A stretch of DNA of 64,000 nucleotides from Sporopachydermia quercuum (taxonomy: Eukaryota), in NCBI GenBank assembly GCA_001599295.1, contig BCGN01000004.1, positions 1,737,676-1,801,675 of the forward strand, read 5' to 3'. The translations under genes and the position numbers were made by a program. Positions within the stretch are counted from its first letter, which is position 1; each line of letters begins with the position of its first letter. Below are positions 13,214-27,433 of this stretch, in pieces. A model generated the notes under the pieces. It made no database searches. It was not told where the DNA came from and was given only the letters and a program-made list of their open reading frames with translations.

Positions 13214-14386
13214 ATGGCCAAGTTAAAAGAAATTATAGTATCACTAGAAGAGTTAGAAGCCAAGGCTATGCCTGGCACGGAACCGAGAGCTAGAGACTAT
13301 TGGCAAGGAGGGGCCAACGATCTGTTCACACTTAAGGAAAATGCTACAGCGTTCGATCGATACAGAGTGAGAGCCCGTGTTATGAGAAATGTTTCCACTA
13401 TTGATGTTAGGCCTAAGAAGTTATTTGGCCATCAATATTCAGCTCCAATTGGAATTGCTCCATCAGCTTTCCATCAATTGGCACACCCTGAAGGTGAATG
13501 TGCTACTGCTGCTGCTTGCAAATCTAAAAACTGGCCTATGGGTTTATCTTCCTACGCCAACAGATCACTCGAAGAAGTTAAGACTGCTGGTGGTGAATCT
13601 CCAGTTTTCCTCCAACTCTACGTTTTCAAAAATAAGAAAACCTCTGAAAAGTTAGTCAGATGGGCTGAAGCAGCAGGTTATAAGGCTATTTTGCTCACTG
13701 TAGATACCCCATACTTAGGAAGAAGATACCTTGAAATGAAGAATGGCATTCAATTGCCATCTCATTTAAAATTAGGAAACTTCCCTGAAAACACATCTGA
13801 ATCACCTATTGATATTTCATCTGAATCTACCTCTGCTTCTAAGAAATCATTACAAGAATCGGAGCCAACACGAAAAGAAACAGAAGAAGAAAAGGAGGCG
13901 AATGTTATTGACCCTAGTATCAGCTGGGAAGAAACTATCCCATGGTTGAGATCTATTACTAACCTGGAAATTTGGGTCAAAGGTGTTGTTACTGGTGAAG
14001 ACACAGAAGCTGCTATTGCTGCTGGTGTCGATGGTATTTGGGTATCCAACCACGGTGGTAGACAACTTGATCGCGGTTTAGCTACTATTGATGCATTACC
14101 TGAAGTTGTGGAGGCTTCTAGAGGCAGAATTCCTATCCATATCGATGGTGGTATCCGAAGAGGAACTGATGTGTTCAAAGCTCTGGCTTTAGGTGCTGAT
14201 TTTGTTTGGCTCGGAAGACCAGCTATCTATGGTTTGAGATATGATGGTCAAGAGGGTGTTGAGTTAATGCAAAGTATAATTCTTGATGATTTCAAGCATG
14301 TGATGGCTTTTGCTGGTTGCCGCAATATTGGTGAGATTGGCAGAAGCTCATTAGCTAGGGTTGGACCTGCTGTCACCAAGCTCTGA
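13214..14386 (+). CDS. FMN-dependent alpha-hydroxy acid oxidase (glycolate/hydroxyacid oxidase family), probably peroxisomal
   Basis: Motifs PIGIAP, FLQLY, LTVDTP.LG.R, VSNHGGRQLD, DGGIRRGTDVFKALALGA. No cytochrome b5 domain. Ends in PTS1-like TKL. Confidence 0.92.
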   Translation: MAKLKEIIVSLEELEAKAMPGTEPRARDYWQGGANDLFTLKENATAFDRYRVRARVMRNVSTIDVRPKKLFGHQYSAPIGIAPSAFHQLAHPEGECATAAACKSKNWPMGLSSYANRSLEEVKTAGGESPVFLQLYVFKNKKTSEKLVRWAEAAGYKAILLTVDTPYLGRRYLEMKNGIQLPSHLKLGNFPENTSESPIDISSESTSASKKSLQESEPTRKETEEEKEANVIDPSISWEETIPWLRSITNLEIWVKGVVTGEDTEAAIAAGVDGIWVSNHGGRQLDRGLATIDALPEVVEASRGRIPIHIDGGIRRGTDVFKALALGADFVWLGRPAIYGLRYDGQEGVELMQSIILDDFKHVMAFAGCRNIGEIGRSSLARVGPAVTKL

Positions 14387-14891
14387 TTTCTGTAATCACA
14401 CGAACGATAAAATGGCAGACCCATTAATTTACACAAGGAAATCAGTCAGACGCGATGTAACGTGTATTTGATATGAATGTAAATAATATAGAGATACATA
14501 TAGTGATATAAAGATATAAAGATATCAATATACAATTACATAAATCCCAACCTTCCATGTCACACAACACAACAGATAAGACACAAACATTAAGAAGTCG
14601 CACTTTCATTGGAACTTCAAGTTTTCTTTCATTTGTATCGTTTTAGACATTAATTGATTACATAATATAAATTATAGACTCATCTCTTTCTGTCCTCAGC
14701 ATGTTTCCAAAAAAACATAGTTGATTGCACAATTTCTTTACATACGACATTTCTGAGAACATGCCCTTTTATGTAATAGAATAGCAGGGTTTTTTATTGT
14801 ACCAGGTATCACTTACTAGCTACTAGTTATCCGTTACACATAATATGGCTCTCGAAATGAGAACTACTGATCGTTCATAGAATCTCAAAAA

Positions 14892-16267
14892 ATGAGAGGG
14901 AAACAGCAAGTTTTGACATTACCATCATTACTATCATCGTCATTCATTACAAGTCATGTGAGACACCAGTCTTCAAAGGCGACACCTGCTCCCATTTACG
15001 CCTGGCTTAGAAGTCGTAGGGAACTTTCACCTGAAGAGTATGGAAATTTATTCAGATCATACTATCGGTCGATTTACAGAGCCATACTGTATCTTCCACT
15101 TGACAAAGATGTTATTCATACGTTCCAAAAAGAGAGTCGGGCGGTCTTCAAGAGATATGCAGGAGTGTTACAGAAATATAGGGCGCTTTTTAATTCAGGA
15201 TTTGATATTGGTGTTGATGCAACAAAAAACGGAAACTGGGTTATTAGAGGCAAATCTGAATATAGCGAGATATTGACAGATCTGGCTAATCTCACTGAGA
15301 ACTATTTACACACCCTTGAGAAAGCTGCATTTGATGTAGATCGTAGAGCATTGAATGAAGTTCTACGAGTGGGCTATGAAAGATTTGCTCATAAAAAGGC
15401 TTCTCCTGATTGGTTGAAAGTATGCCTGTTTGATATGTTGTTTTAATATTGCATTGAGAATTACTGTAATTGTACTTTATGTCAAGTTTGTTACTAACTG
15501 CTCATCCTATAGGAATTCTTTATTTCAAAGTCTCTGGTATCTGCTTGGCCTGTAGAATCTACTGATAAAAATATAAAAGCTCAGGATGATGCTGAATTAT
15601 GTAAGTTGAAAGACTCTTGTTTTCTACACCGTAAATCTATAGTATCCCTATCAATGACATGTTCTGTTGATACTATTGTATCATTAAAGCTATAACTGTT
15701 CCACTTTCACTATCGAATACTAACATTTGATACCAATTAGCTCGTAAAGTCAATCGAATAGTCAAATACACAAATTTTATTTGCAGAGTTCTACCTCATG
15801 TTCGACATGTGAGAGTGACTTCTGCCTATTTACCTATGAAGCTGTTTGGCCAAGAAATACCAAAGAAAGTAGTAGAACATGTACGATCAAAGCAAGGAAA
15901 TAAGATCAAAACCGTTCTGATAGAAACAAGACCTTGGAATATGGAATCCTTGCTCAAGGTTGAGAGTATAAGCCAGGGAAAAATACCTGTGTATGGGCTT
16001 GAAAATCCTATCAGAAATAGTAGACGTTTGCATAAGTTCTGCGCTCGCAATAATGCAGCCAATTCGCGTGGTGTTGATGCCAGTGAGCTAAATAAACAGT
16101 GGGAAAGAATTGTAAGAAGACGCTATTTGTTTCTCCTGAGATGGAATTATGGTTTCTCTCAATCTCAGCAAAAGATTAATGATAATGGAAAGATCAGTAT
16201 TGAATATAGAAGGTCGAATACCAGAGTTCAGAATACTACAAAAGCAGCCGATTGGATGTTTGCTTAA
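14892..16267 (+). CDS. Mitochondrial protein, Gep5-like; exons 14892-15419, 15513-15600, 15741-16267
   Basis: Presequence-like N-terminus (..HVRHQSS). Two TACTAAC introns join the two track ORFs in frame. LPM..FG..IP motif and position beside APC4/TMA64 suggest GEP5. Confidence 0.55.
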
Positions 16268-16370
16268 TTTATTGAGTATGCCATCATCAATATAATAAGT
16301 GGAAGAGCAGAAATTCATTACCTTAAAAGGTGCTCTTAATTAGTGAGCCATTGTGATTGTCAAATGTATC

Positions 16371-16394
16371 GTCGTTGTCGTTGTCGTTGTCGTT
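16371..16394. repeat. (GTCGTT)4 microsatellite
   Basis: Read directly between the convergent 3' ends. Confidence 0.9.
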
Positions 16395-16406
16395 GCTATT
16401 GTATAT

Positions 16407-19020
16407 TCATTTATCATCAAGAGATATATACTTATAGAACAACATCTCATCATTTATCATACAGCCAAGTCTTCTTTCGGGAGCTCCATTTATAGCTATG
16501 GCATATGGTTTGAAATCAGCATGTTTAAACACTTTTTGTTTAATGATCTTCACTGCTGCTGGACTGAAGCCATCATTATCAATAACATCAGCATCACTAT
16601 TCATACTATACAATAAATCAATTGATATCAACTGGGACTCATCATTACATTCCAACAGTATTATCAGCTCTTTTTCGTCAACAAATTTCATATCTTTTAT
16701 ACAATGAGCTGTTGAACTAAGACTGTCACTAGAAATCACCAGCTTTTTCGTACTCTCATTTATGTTCTCGCTGGATTTCAAAATATCCTTAGAACTATAA
16801 AAAATTTCCTTAAAACTTTTTTGAAACAAATACAACATTTTCTTTGTTGTATCAGGTATCACAGCTATAAAGCAAGTCTATTACCAAAGGTTCGTTAGTT
16901 ATCATAATCATTTAAATCTTTCAAGCTGGTTCGCAATTCATAACATATCAAACAGGAAATAATGAACATACTTGGTCTACCGTTTGCATATCAACACAGT
17001 AATTATCAGCAATGTTAAGATGCAATATATTTTCTTGAAATGATAATTTATTGGCAATTTCTGCTTTCACCTTATCAAACGTATTGTTACAAGCATATTT
17101 CAACGTTTCTAATGACTTTCCAATAGGCCGTGATGTATTTTGCTTTGTCTCCTTAGGATTTATTGATATTTGAATCATCTTTTTCATGGCACTGCTGCTA
17201 CTACTATTATTATCATTCTGCAAGGTCAAATACTTGGAGAACTCAGATTGATGCAAATATTGAGACAAATATTGGGAAATTTCTTTTGTTTTGAATACTG
17301 CTTCCTTTGGGTCGTCCTGTGACGTCAATGTATCAAGTATATGCTGTAACCATTCGATATACGAACTGAACTTCTTACCCTCATAATTAATATCCCAAAC
17401 CATTGAAGAAATCAACCTTAGGAATTTCATAGCTGCCGATAAACAATGGTCAAGGTTTTCCTTTTCATTTGATAATGCTTCATTTGAAGCATTCCATTGA
17501 GACCATCCTAATAGTTTTGACAGTAGGATGATTATTCTTTCAGTTGCTGGGATCAAGTTTTCGAAAGTCAGCTTCCGGGCTACTTCATATGCTCCATTAC
17601 CAAGTTTCGACCATTTTTTAATGCCTCTTTCAGCCAAACTAACTTGAATCCATTCATTAACGGATGGTTGTGATGCTGTTCCTAGAACTAAATATTCCAG
17701 TAGTTCAGTTGCAAGATCTGGAATATCATCTATTGATTCATTATTATTGGGATTCTCACTATTTTCATTTATACCTTGAGTATTATCTTGATTCAATAAG
17801 TTGAATGAATCAGTGACCCTTTTGATATATTCTAAGTACTGTTTTGCTGTTAATGTTAAGTGCTCAATAGAATCCTGTATATATATTAGTAGAGCAATAA
17901 CTTTTGACGCTATAGAAGATATCTCAAACAACGTTTGTTCAGAATCTTTAACGAAATCCATGCAACAAGCAATAAGAGTAAGCTTTCTCGCTTCCTTGTC
18001 CACATATATGAAAGAGTGATAAAAAAGATCTGATGTAGACGTATGGCAAGCCATATAGCCAGTATCCTGGCTTAGAGAGATTGGTCCAACTGTGAAGATG
18101 CCAAATAAATTCAACATGAAAGAACCGTCTTTACAACCCGATACTAATATATTTTCAGCTAATTGACCATCTTTACTGTCAGTAGACTCAATCATTTGTT
18201 TGAGGACTAGTCTTGTTGTGAATGTTCCTTCTCTGTAGATGACAATATCAATTGTGCATATGTTAGTATGAAAGAATTTCTTTTATATATTAATCTTAGA
18301 CAGTATTGAAAATTAATAAAAAAATATATTCCATGCAAATAAAATATACGGCTTTTAAATATTCATGGTCAACATTGTTGAAGGAATGTGTACATACGAG
18401 TTGGCATTTGGTAGAGGTGCCAGCAAAGGCATAGAGGATGTAATTTCATTCTCGAATAACTTTTCAACAAAATTTGCTTCTTCCGAATTCTGTTTCTCTA
18501 ATGTTACCCAATTGATAAATACACCTGAATCCACTGTAGATCCAACGCCTGCTGAGCTGAACACCGGTAATCCTGTTTCCGAATCATGAATTTTGAAGAG
18601 CCCATCTGAATGAAGGACGCATAACATTTTCCCTATAACACTGTTAGTACCAGGAGGCTTCAATGCAATTATAGAATAATGAAAGTGAAGCAATTGTTAA
18701 GTACCCCATGAGCTCATTACCACACCAAATACTAAAAAGCGTTTCTCATGACCTTGCCAACAGTTTACTACTCATAGATCATACATACCATCCGGTCTCC
18801 AACAGATATCTACTATTGCAACGTCTGCTGTACTCTTACCATTACCCAAATTCACGGACCAAACACTTTGATTGCCAAACCTATAAACATACAAGGATTT
18901 GCCATCAGAAGCAATAAATGCCAGTAAATCCATTGTAGGACACCATTTCATTGATTTAGAATTAGCCTTCGTAGCTAAAGGCTGAGTCCCTTCAAATACT
19001 ACTGGGAAGTTATCAGCCAT
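16407..19020 (-). CDS. APC4: Anaphase-promoting complex subunit 4; exons 19020-18789, 18632-18398, 18232-16972, 16877-16407
   Basis: WCPTMDLLA and WRPDG WD40 start, LNLFGIF, ENLIPATERIIILLS.L.G. Three GTATGT introns, all phase-consistent. Confidence 0.92.
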
Positions 19021-19200
19021 TTTGATGACATTATGTGTAACTGATAAATAGAAAGTAATTATATCTTCGGAAACGTTTTGAAAGGTTTTTTAAAGCAGGA
19101 TTAATCTTTTTATGTTGATGGTAATAAAACTCAACGTTTATCAGATCAATGTTATTAGATGTTTCATTGTAATTAAGAAATGTTGAGATGGATCAAACTT

Positions 19201-19210
19201 GTCACGTGAC
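19201..19210. promoter_or_regulatory. Cbf1/bHLH E-box GTCACGTGAC in the divergent APC4/TMA64 promoter
   Basis: Perfect 10-bp palindrome. Similar TCACGTGA at 39695-39702 and ATCACGTGAT at 49657-49666. Confidence 0.5.
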
Positions 19211-19688
19211 TGTAAAACGTTTTGGAAAACTGGAAGTTAAAAAGTGGGAAAGATTTCCAAAGTTTGATAAGACCATATCCGAAATTTAAAAAGTAGAGAT
19301 TGTTATAAAATGTTAGGAGAACTGGGGGAAGATTTTATAAAGAATCCAATAAACCGTAAGTGAAAAGGAAATTTTGATTTCATCTTTTTATTAGACGTCG
19401 ATTATTGAAAAATATTCGATTTTGATTAATTCGCTTGTTGCCTCCATTTGTCTTCTCCATGCGATTCCTTCCTCCTTCCTTACATTGTTCTTACTATCAC
19501 TATTATTTCCGAAATTTTCAATCAGCACCTCAAAAGAGACAAGAAGTCTTCTCACTTCTCTTCCTCTCCTTCACCTAACAGTTTTCAATTCTGATATATC
19601 CCGAAATCAGGTACATCAATAATGTCGTAGAGTATTTTAGGAAATTACCGGTTTTTCGTGCGATATATGTAGACTTTGTTCTATCAAA

Positions 19689-21741
19689 ATGTTCTCTAAA
19701 GAGTTAGGAGTAAGTGCACTGGTTATTCATTCATTGCTTGTGTATTTAGTTATAGTAGCTTAGCTGGTCAACGGCTATGTAGTTAGAAGACATATTTAAG
19801 AAACTATTATGCATTTGCACTATTTCTTGAATTCTATACCTTCAAAACTTTTTATATACTAACAGTTGCATAAACTAGCTCAAACCAATTGCTGGTGTAA
19901 AAAATTCTGAAAGGAGGAAATATCTGGAAGCAGTGTGTAAAATCTATGGCTTTGATAATGAAAGGCTATCTAAAGAGGAGAAAGAACTCTTGATGCCCGT
20001 GAACTTGAAACAAGGCTCATTTGATAATATTCATGGCAAGGGAACTATTCTCACCGATGAAAAGCTTGTTCCTACTTGGTTCAAACAAAGAGACGGCAAT
20101 TTAATTCCAACTGTTTTTACACTATGGATGCATCCTTTCATTCTTCCAGTCATTGAAACCAATGACTACGTGCTAGATAAAAAGATAGCAGGGGGAGCTG
20201 ACTTAATGACCCCGGGATGTTTTCCACCATTCCCAAGTGATGCAAAAATTGGAAGCTGTGTCGGTATAGCCAGTTACAAAAATCCACAGTTTGTTAAAGC
20301 AGTTGGAGTATGTCAGATAGATTTAGCTAGCTATAGCGATACTACTGGAATGCATGGAGTAGCGGTTAAAATTCTTCATTATGTTGGTGACAAGTTATAT
20401 TATAGTATGAAAGGGTCAATTGATATTCAAGCAGCAGAGAGGGAACTCCCAACAGTGATTTCTGAACTCGAACAGTTAAGACTAACTGCTGAGAAACATG
20501 AAGCCACGGGGAATTCTGGTGATCAGTCTTCTAAAACGGATAATAATGAAACTGAACCAAAAGAGACAGACAATGTACTATCCCAGATAAATAAAAATGA
20601 ACAAGAAGCACCCTTCTCGCTCTCTATAGACCTGCCTCCACTGACAAACAATCAAGCTGATAATAACACAACCAATGAACCACCACAGAACCACGCCACC
20701 ACAGAAATCAATGNAAAAACAGAGGAAGCTTATCATTTAACTACAGAAGATATTGACAGGTTCTTTGAGAGATCACTAATGCAAAGTTTAGCTACGAACA
20801 CCATTGAAACACCTATTTCTATGTCAAATCTCATGTCAAACTACATACTGAAGCATTTTCCCATTCAATGTCCCCCAATTCAATTGAAGAAATCAAGCTG
20901 GAAGAAAGCAGCAAAGTTCATGAAAGCCATGGAAAAGAAAGGATACCTGAAAACTAAGGGCAAAGGTGATGATCTTACTATCGTTTCTTTAATCAATGAA
21001 CAAAATCCATTGTTAGCTAACTTTAATCCTTATAAAGTGAAAAAGCCAGCATCCGTAGCTGTCAATGATGGAAGGAGCAACAGCGAAGCGAGCTCAAAGA
21101 CTAAAGCAACTGGCAAGTTATCCGGAGGTTCAAACTCGAAAGCACCTTTGAACTTAGTTTATGTTTATAAGGCTACAAAAAGAACACGCGCCTTATTAGA
21201 GACCGATGGATACTTAACTGGTGAAGAAATTAAACAAGCGTTGTTCGATTATGTCAACAAAAAAGACCTAGTCCATCCAAAGAATCATGCAAATATTTTG
21301 CTTGACGATACACTTTCTTTCGCATTATCAGAAGGTGTCGGTTCATTCCCAAGAGCTAAATTTTTGGATAGATTGAAACACAACTGTACGAAATCTTATG
21401 TACTTGTCGATCCAGTGAAAGGTCAATTGAATCCTAAACCAAAGTCAGGCGAACCAGCTAAAATTCATGTGCAGATCGAGAGACGTGGTGGTAATAAAGT
21501 AGTATCTCTGATTAGGAACTTAGAAGTGTATTTCATTGACCCGGAAGATATTGCAGAGAAGTTGAGAGTTGTATGCGCAAGCTCCACATCAGTTAATCTT
21601 GTCAAAACAGGACAAGCTGATTTGAAGGAAGTTTTAGTTCAAGGTCCTCAAGACAAACAAATAATTGAGTTATTGGTGAAACAAGGTATCAATCCTAACT
21701 GGATTGAAGTAAATAACAAGGCCAAAAGCAAGAAGAAGTGA
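19689..21741 (+). CDS. TMA64: eIF2D/ligatin (PUA, SWIB, SUI1 domains); exons 19689-19709, 19879-21741
   Basis: PTVFTLW, GADLMTPG, KKSSWKKAAKF.K, ERRGGNKVVS, VLVQG. The intron yields the N-terminus MFSKELGLKPIAGVKNSERRK. Confidence 0.93.
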
Positions 21742-22269
21742 GATAGCGACGAAGAGCAGTTTGATAGAAGGCATCTGTGAAATAGTACGATTACTGAATG
21801 GCAGATGATTAAATGGATATAGTAAATGCAAGTAATGATTAGATTTATGTGGATATGTATATATGGATATATAATGTCTTTGATTGACAACATCATGTTC
21901 AAACTTAATCCACATAAGGGAGGTAGTTTCAACGAGTTATGGATATGCTGATGAGAAGCAAAAATATGCAAATGAATATTAGTAGCTGTGCAGATTGTCT
22001 TTATAGGATATAAACTTCTGGGTATGCAAATGAAATGTATAATAAGTAAATTATTACAATGTGAAATTGTATGGCAACTGTTCTTTTTACGGCGCTTACT
22101 TTATTCTCCGCGTTCCTTCCTCCATCCTCGTAACTGTACTACCCCAGCTAGGAGGTTCCTTTACCTCAGAAAACCATGTTTGCCTCATTCTTGGTTCCTT
22201 ATTGTTTCCATCGCCTCATATTTAGAATACTCGTTAGACTGGTTCATGGGTAGTTTATATTGTCATAAA

Positions 22270-24158
22270 TCACCTGCAAAAAACTAATAAAATACCTGTC
22301 AGCAATGAAACCATCACAGGTCCTAAAAAAGGTAGATAAACAGCAACTTTATGCTCGAAAGGAAAATAATTTTGCTGCATCAAATCCTTTGAGTAGAAAG
22401 CTTTATTGGACAATTCTAATCCTCTATTAGCCTCCTTTGCAGCTTTCTTCAACTCAGTACAGACACTAGTAATGTTCCCATTTTGTATATTCTGATGAAT
22501 TGATTCTAAAATCATCAAAGCATTATTGGTGCAATGCAAAGATGAGTCAATCAAATCAACATCTGTTTGTTTTATTGATAATCTCTTATTACCTCCCAGA
22601 AGTTTAAGCAGCGAAAGATACGTTTCGGCTGTCTGTCTCAAATGGGCAATTATCGATAACCTTTCATAATATTTGATTCTCAACACAGGACTTTGCAGCT
22701 GTTCTTTGGGTATGCCTATCAAACGAAATAAATAGCCAGTAAATTTTTCAACATATGATACTAAATAGTCTTTGGGAATATTTAATAATAATGGTCCTTC
22801 ATAAGATGATGATTCCTCACCAAATTCAAAATTCATTATACCAATTGCTCCCCATTTTGGGATTAAGAGAAAGTCAGGTGAATCGCTAGACTGGTTTTCG
22901 CTATCAAAATTAAAATCATCCTTACGGAACCCATCAGAACCATCGCCAACATCGCCAGTGCCTTCTTGAGACTTATCTCTAATCATCAAAGGTGTATGTT
23001 TGGCATCAGGCACAAAAATAATAAACTTCAAACTTGGTTGATTTGAATAAACATAGTCATTTATTAAATCCAACGATTTTATAAACCTACTAAGTTCATT
23101 TACGTCAATCAAATATTCATCAGTTGTTTTCATTAATTCAATATCATCAGGTAATGACACAAAAGAATGAATTTCAGTTTCAATCACAAAATCAACAATT
23201 CCCTCAAATTCTTGCCGCAAAACAGTGAAATGGTCATTCAAGGCATTTGAGATTTCCCATGTAATTACGTCTTGACCTTCGTAAAGAAGGGCAAAGGAAA
23301 TGTGTAGCTTTGATGGATAATACAAACTGATGTAGTTATGTGATGGAAGAGTTGACGGAAGATTTGAATTCGATAGGCTTAATAGCTCATCATCAAGTAC
23401 TTCATGCAGTAAAACTCGCATTATAAAATCAGGTAGTAAATTTCTTGCGATGATCGTTTCTGAAAAGTATAATGGGATTATATTCGAAGCAGGATCGACA
23501 GAGAATGATTCATAACCAGGTTCTGATACTGAAGGAATAATTTTGATTCTATAGCCACAACTCATTGGAGTCTCTTTGATTTTCCCGGAGATTAGCTTGA
23601 CACTCCAGTTTGCTATTAGTCCATTTGATTTGAGTTTATAAGAGTTGATTTCATTGTTTATTAGTTCTTGAGCCTGATCGACTACAAATAGTAGACCTTT
23701 GGGAATGTCGATGAGAACGGGAATGGTTATTGGTGGTAAATCTGATGACTGCTTTGTTTCCTGAGTGTCAAGAACATCGTGAAAACCACTTATGTCAGTA
23801 TACTTGTTGATATTATAGTTATCTCCGAGGATGCTCATCACTGCCGACTTCATCTCAATCAAAGGCATAGCACCTCTTCGAGTGTTGGTGGTTTTGTTCC
23901 ATAATGGAATTCCTGTCAGAAATGTGATGAGCTAATGATAAGAACTAATGTTAGTATATGATATTCAAGGAATCATGTAGATTTAATAAAATTTGGAATA
24001 ACTAAGGTACTTAATCAAAATGAATAGACAGTATATTTGACCGGCTTACTTACTAAGGTGATAAGTACTAGATGCCATCTGGACTGATTGTTGATTTTTC
24101 TACGAACCGATTTAGAATGGTGATTATTGTTATTACAGGATTTGTCATAATCTGTCAT
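22270..24158 (-). CDS. GPI17: GPI transamidase subunit PIG-S; exons 24158-24054, 23931-22270
   Basis: GIPLW.KTT after splicing (GTAAGT..TACTAAC..TAG), LIPKWG, YFP.EHKVAVYLPFLGP. Confidence 0.9.
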
Positions 24159-25187
24159 GTCTTCTTTTCTTATNATAGAGATATTAAATTTGGATTTTCT
24201 TAAGATTTCTGATGACTTCTGCTCAACGAGACGATTTGCTTTTTTATCATTTATTCTACCCTTTCTTCAACCAACAAGTCACTTGACTGCTTCTGTCATG
24301 ATCCCAACAACTTTCTATTGGTATTAATCACCAAAATCTTTCCTTCTGATAACTCCTTCATAAACTGTATAGAATATTGCAATTATTTACGTATAGTATT
24401 TAGCAATCAATCATTGCTTCCCATTCATTCATTGGTTTCCATGCATGTTTTCATCTCTCTCATTTAGCTATCACTATATAATGACTAAGCTTATTCGTAT
24501 CTACTAAAGAAGAAATAGTTGTATCAACTTATACTAAAAAGAGTATCCTCTAATACCATTTAAGTGAACCAACAATCAACAAGACAAACATCTATATATG
24601 AAATTAATAAATCAGCCACGCTATCTATCAACGAGTTAATTTTAGGTATTTTCTCTTACATGCCAACCTCATAAGACAGAGTTGTGCTTTCATGCAGAAT
24701 GTCTGAAATAGATATACATGGAACAAAAAGTGAGAATGAAAATAAACTAGTAAAAAAGCATAGAATAAAACTTCAATAGTATTCTCTAAAGTAGAAGGGA
24801 GCCAGGATAAAAATTATCAAAAATTCGATGGGCTGTTGATTTTGAAATGTTGATTTTATGAAAGATGGATATAGATGGATATGGAAGGTAGTGTCAGAAA
24901 GAGATAAGAGAATCTTATAATGATAGCAAATGAGATTGAAAGAGCGAATTCACGAAATTATAGCGAATTAATTGATATAATGAATATAGAACGATTAACA
25001 TTTGCTTCGTATACAAGACTGTCAGATAAGGGATAACATACCTCATACACCACATAATTAAATACCATAAGTTAGACGCACACACTACAACATACACAAT
25101 ACTTAATGCTTGAATTTATATTGACAGAGGTCTATTTACACGAAGAATAAGGATATTGAATATAATGTAGTAAAAACCAAACCCCAT

Positions 25188-26090
25188 TTATCTTACTCTA
25201 ATACGGATGCCAGGCCCATGGGTTGATCTTAAAACTGTTTTACCAACGATAATAGGATCTTTCGATACAATTGTTGGGATAACTCTAGAAATAGAATTGA
25301 TCAAAGCTGCTATGTTTTCAACGATCTCGCGATCATTGAGATCAGGTCTACCTATAGGTAAAGAAATGAAACTTGCTCTTTGCTTGAAAACAACACTACC
25401 AGATGCTTCTCTAATCTTATCAAGGAACTCCTCTGTTACTGTTCCTTTCTTCGCTGATGGCATCAAACCTCTAGGACCCAAAATTCTTGCAACTGGAGCT
25501 AAAGCTTTGACCATGTCTGGGGATGCATATAAAACATCAACATTCAAAGCTTGCTTATTGGCTGCTATGTTATCGATTAATTCACCTCCACCAACTAGAA
25601 CTGCCCCTAAATCTCTAGCTTCTTGTTGTTTACTCTCATCATTCGTAATTACACCAAATTTTGTTGCTTTCACGGTGTGAGGGAACTTGACAGATCCTGT
25701 TACTGGAGCTACACCTCTACCAGATATGATTCTTATTGCTATAGTAATTGTCGAATCCTCTGGTGCTCTTCCCACTTCTGCAGCTCTTAAGAATCTTAGA
25801 GCTTGAGCAATTTCCATATATAAAGGATCATTTTCAGGGTGCTTGGCATCTTCTTTTATCTTAGCAGCAGCTCTTGATTGCCTTTGTTTGGTCTTTGTCT
25901 TTAGAGCATCACGAGCTTTCTTCTGTGCAATGACCGCTCGATCAGAAGCTTGCGATCGCTGAGATTGACTGAATTGTCTGTTTGTTGTTAATGATGCAAT
26001 ACTGTTTATTGCTTTAAGTGATGATTGGGTCCTTAGTCCCGCAGAGAGACGAAGAGCAGTACTGCTCATCAAACGATATTGAGCAGTCAT
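25188..26090 (-). CDS. MRPL1: Mitochondrial ribosomal protein uL1m
   Basis: ALRFLRAAEVG, ARILGPRGLMPSAKKGTV, STHGPGI. N-terminal presequence. Confidence 0.93.
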   Translation of the reverse strand: MTAQYRLMSSTALRLSAGLRTQSSLKAINSIASLTTNRQFSQSQRSQASDRAVIAQKKARDALKTKTKQRQSRAAAKIKEDAKHPENDPLYMEIAQALRFLRAAEVGRAPEDSTITIAIRIISGRGVAPVTGSVKFPHTVKATKFGVITNDESKQQEARDLGAVLVGGGELIDNIAANKQALNVDVLYASPDMVKALAPVARILGPRGLMPSAKKGTVTEEFLDKIREASGSVVFKQRASFISLPIGRPDLNDREIVENIAALINSISRVIPTIVSKDPIIVGKTVLRSTHGPGIRIRVR

Positions 26091-26580
26091 ATTGAATATA
26101 TTGTCGCTATGAGAGTTTTACGTTCTAGGATCAACGTCCTTAGTCTCAGCGTCAACTTCTTTCTTTGAACTCAATGTATAATATGTCTGATGATCAATTG
26201 CGCACCGTTGATCAACCTATTCGTTGAACATTTCATGCAAAGCGAAAGATTCCAAGGACTTCCTGGTGGAAACATAGTCATTGAGTAAATATGAACACGG
26301 GAGGCTTCTGAAGACTGGAATGAAATTGTTTCGGAGACGGGATGAATTTAATTAGGTAGAATTTTTATTTGGAGTTTGAATAACGGAAAAGATAATAATA
26401 TTGACGATAGGTAATCATTGGACGGGATCCTGGACAGTTAGAGGAAGCAGAGTAGGGAAGAATTACTATGCAACGAAATAAAGGCCAATTTCTCAGTTTA
26501 TTTTATTAATAATGCATATATACTCAGAAAAATATTATTTACATGAGGCTATTGTTGTAGTATTTGATGTTTGTGATAGT

Positions 26581-27043
26581 TTAGTGAGAAAGGTACCATC
26601 TACCTTTAGCTCTTCGACGACTGACGATATTTCTACCAGTCTTTGATTTCATTCGAGCTAAGAAACCAAACTTTCTCTTTCTCTTTAGTGTACTTGGCTG
26701 ATATGTGTTACCTCTTGATTTCCATCTTCTTTGTAAAACTCCGGTAAAAATTGATGTCAAAGGAAGTACTGAGTGTGCTATTGTTGATCCTGTTGTCACA
26801 ACACCCATCAAACTACTTGGTGAACTTGATCCTAATGCTTGCAGAGGTGATGTGCCTCTCATCAATGTGGATAATGATCTATTTTGTGTTTGTACAAAAG
26901 ATGATCCCATTCTATAGTATATTAGTACCTTTTCTTTTATCTATTCCTTGTACATNTCTTCCATTCTCTTCGACCCAATCATTCTCACCATTCACAATAA
27001 ACACTTACAATGAACGGGATGAACCCAAAACCGTTCTCAACAT
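26581..27043 (-). CDS. MRX14: Mitochondrial ribosomal protein bL34m; exons 27043-27009, 26911-26581
   Basis: [26 protein letters not shown]...[12 protein letters not shown]. Intron GTAAGT..TACTAAT..TAG gives the start [12 protein letters not shown]. Confidence 0.92.
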
Positions 27044-27433
27044 TGTGCTGATTTCAAGTGTTATGACTGGATTTCTACAATCTCTAATGAACCTCTAAAT
27101 AATCTCCTCAAAACAATACCGTAATATAAGGAAAGATCAACATAATCAGATGTATATATGCTTCACCTATCTTCCTTCTTTCTGTTTGTTATAGAGGTTG
27201 AACAAATTGATGTGGGAACTTTGGAACCAATCCACTATCTTAATGCTGAAGTTGACTTACCCAGTATGAAATGTACACGCTTAGTAGAAAATATTTGTTA
27301 AGTAGCACAAAGTATTCTTGAGATAATGAACCTATAACAAGTTATATTCATCATTTATGATATCAGCAGATAAGAAGATAATATATTTGTTGTAGTTGAA
27401 CACTGATGTTACTTGTGAATGAATTAAATCAAA

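Noticed and set aside
27070..27260. Possible 5'-UTR intron of MRX14 (GTAAGT at 27260 on the minus strand)
   Set aside because: No convincing branch point before the candidate acceptors.
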